Positions 46,013-46,894 of a stretch of DNA of 46,894 nt are shown piece by piece. Positions within the stretch are counted from its first letter, which is position 1; each line of letters begins with the position of its first letter. A model generated the notes under the pieces. The model had not been told where the DNA came from, made no database searches, and saw only the letters and a list, made by a program, of their open reading frames with translations. This DNA comes from a virus (taxonomy: Duplodnaviria; Caudoviricetes), in IMG/VR virus record IMGVR_UViG_3300007956_000005, positions 1-46,894 of that record, one strand, 5' to 3'. The position numbers were made by a program, and so were the translations under genes.

Positions 46013-46342
46013 TCAGACCTTTTTACGAGGTCTTTTCTTGGCTGGAGCCTTTTTTCTTGCCTTCATAGGTGCAGGGGATAGCTTCAGATCCGAGCGTTTA
46101 CCGCTACCCTTCGGAAGTTTTCTTGGTTGTTCTGGTCTTGGGGCTGGTAGCGCTTTTATAGGTTTTTTCTTTTTAGGTTTACGATTTACAACGTCTTTGC
46201 CGCCTACTGTTCCAACTACACCTTTTTTACCAACATTCGCACCACCAAGATTTATTGGGCCTTTAACTTTATTTGCATTTATTCGCCCACGCTTACCTTT
46301 TTGTTTTGCGCCAGAACCTTTTATTGGTTTTAATCTATTCAT
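46013..46342 (-). CDS. very basic Lys/Arg/Pro-rich protein
   Basis: 109 aa, low complexity, histone H1-like composition; AAGGG SD. Confidence 0.6.
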   Translation of the reverse strand: MNRLKPIKGSGAKQKGKRGRINANKVKGPINLGGANVGKKGVVGTVGGKDVVNRKPKKKKPIKALPAPRPEQPRKLPKGSGKRSDLKLSPAPMKARKKAPAKKRPRKKV

Positions 46343-46387
46343 AATGTTTCCCTTTGGTGAAGATTAAAAATTGTTGGTCTGCACACG

Positions 46388-46843
46388 TCACTTATAATAC
46401 AGGTACAGAAGGTATATGCCGCCAGCTACTGCTCCGAAGAATATGAGAACCCCAATAAATATTGAGACATTCTCTACTAACTCTTCTCGTTCTCTCTGAC
46501 GTTTTTTCTCAGCCTCTTTACGGGCTTTTCTGGATTCAGCTTGGTATTCTACCCAAGAGTCATATAATCCTGGTCTTCCGAACAGGCGCATGTGAGACTC
46601 TAGCTGACGCCGCTGTTCTTTGATTTGATCTAGGGCTAAGAACGATTCAAAATCATCCGTATCTTTACCCAGCATCTTGTTAAAAACTGATTTCTTTTCG
46701 CTCTCAGCCTTTTCTCTAAGACTGTCTTCCGCACTTAAAAAATCACTTATACTTTTACCGCATTGGGCTAATTCCCTACCATTTGATATTGCGGTCTTGA
46801 TCACTCCGAAGGCTGCATTAGCCATCGCAATCTCTGCAAGCAT
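46388..46843 (-). CDS. hypothetical protein with C-terminal TM anchor
   Basis: 151 aa; GGGAG SD; helical with a hydrophobic C-terminus. Confidence 0.7.
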   Translation of the reverse strand: MLAEIAMANAAFGVIKTAISNGRELAQCGKSISDFLSAEDSLREKAESEKKSVFNKMLGKDTDDFESFLALDQIKEQRRQLESHMRLFGRPGLYDSWVEYQAESRKARKEAEKKRQREREELVENVSIFIGVLIFFGAVAGGIYLLYLYYK

Positions 46844-46894
46844 GGCTCCCCCCCGAAAGTATGCTAGGTGTTATAAATCTCCAGTTTGAAACAA

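Overview
Most of a temperate marine podovirus genome of the HMO-2011 type, probably infecting a Roseobacter-group alphaproteobacterium (inferred from the DnaJ-type Zn-finger insert in PolA, the gene order, and an attP matching the 3' half of an alphaproteobacterial tRNA-fMet). Layout: (i) 1-1.7 kb, leftward early genes (partial cytosine MTase-like gene, gp88-like gene); (ii) 2.3-15.5 kb, rightward integration, replication and nucleotide module (tyrosine integrase, ThyX, attP, primase, helicase, adenine MTase, split PolA, SSB-like protein, exonuclease, resolvase, MazG, class II RNR); (iii) 15.6-46.9 kb, leftward morphogenesis and lysis module (terminases, portal, scaffold, capsid, tail tube, two fibres, HlyC-like acyltransferase, ejection proteins, lysozyme, spanins). 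No RNA polymerase or recognisable CI-type repressor is in the window. The most novel signals are regulatory. Two stand-alone small RNAs, each with its own sigma70 promoter and terminator, are complementary in trans to the ribosome-binding sites of primase (sRNA-1) and of helicase plus two early genes (sRNA-2). A 14-bp quasi-palindromic operator recurs in or next to most promoters, and the early region is enriched in GANTC (CcrM/GcrA) sites. An RTX-toxin-type acyltransferase is coupled to an ejection-protein gene. All calls come from reading the sequence; no searches or folding programs were run.
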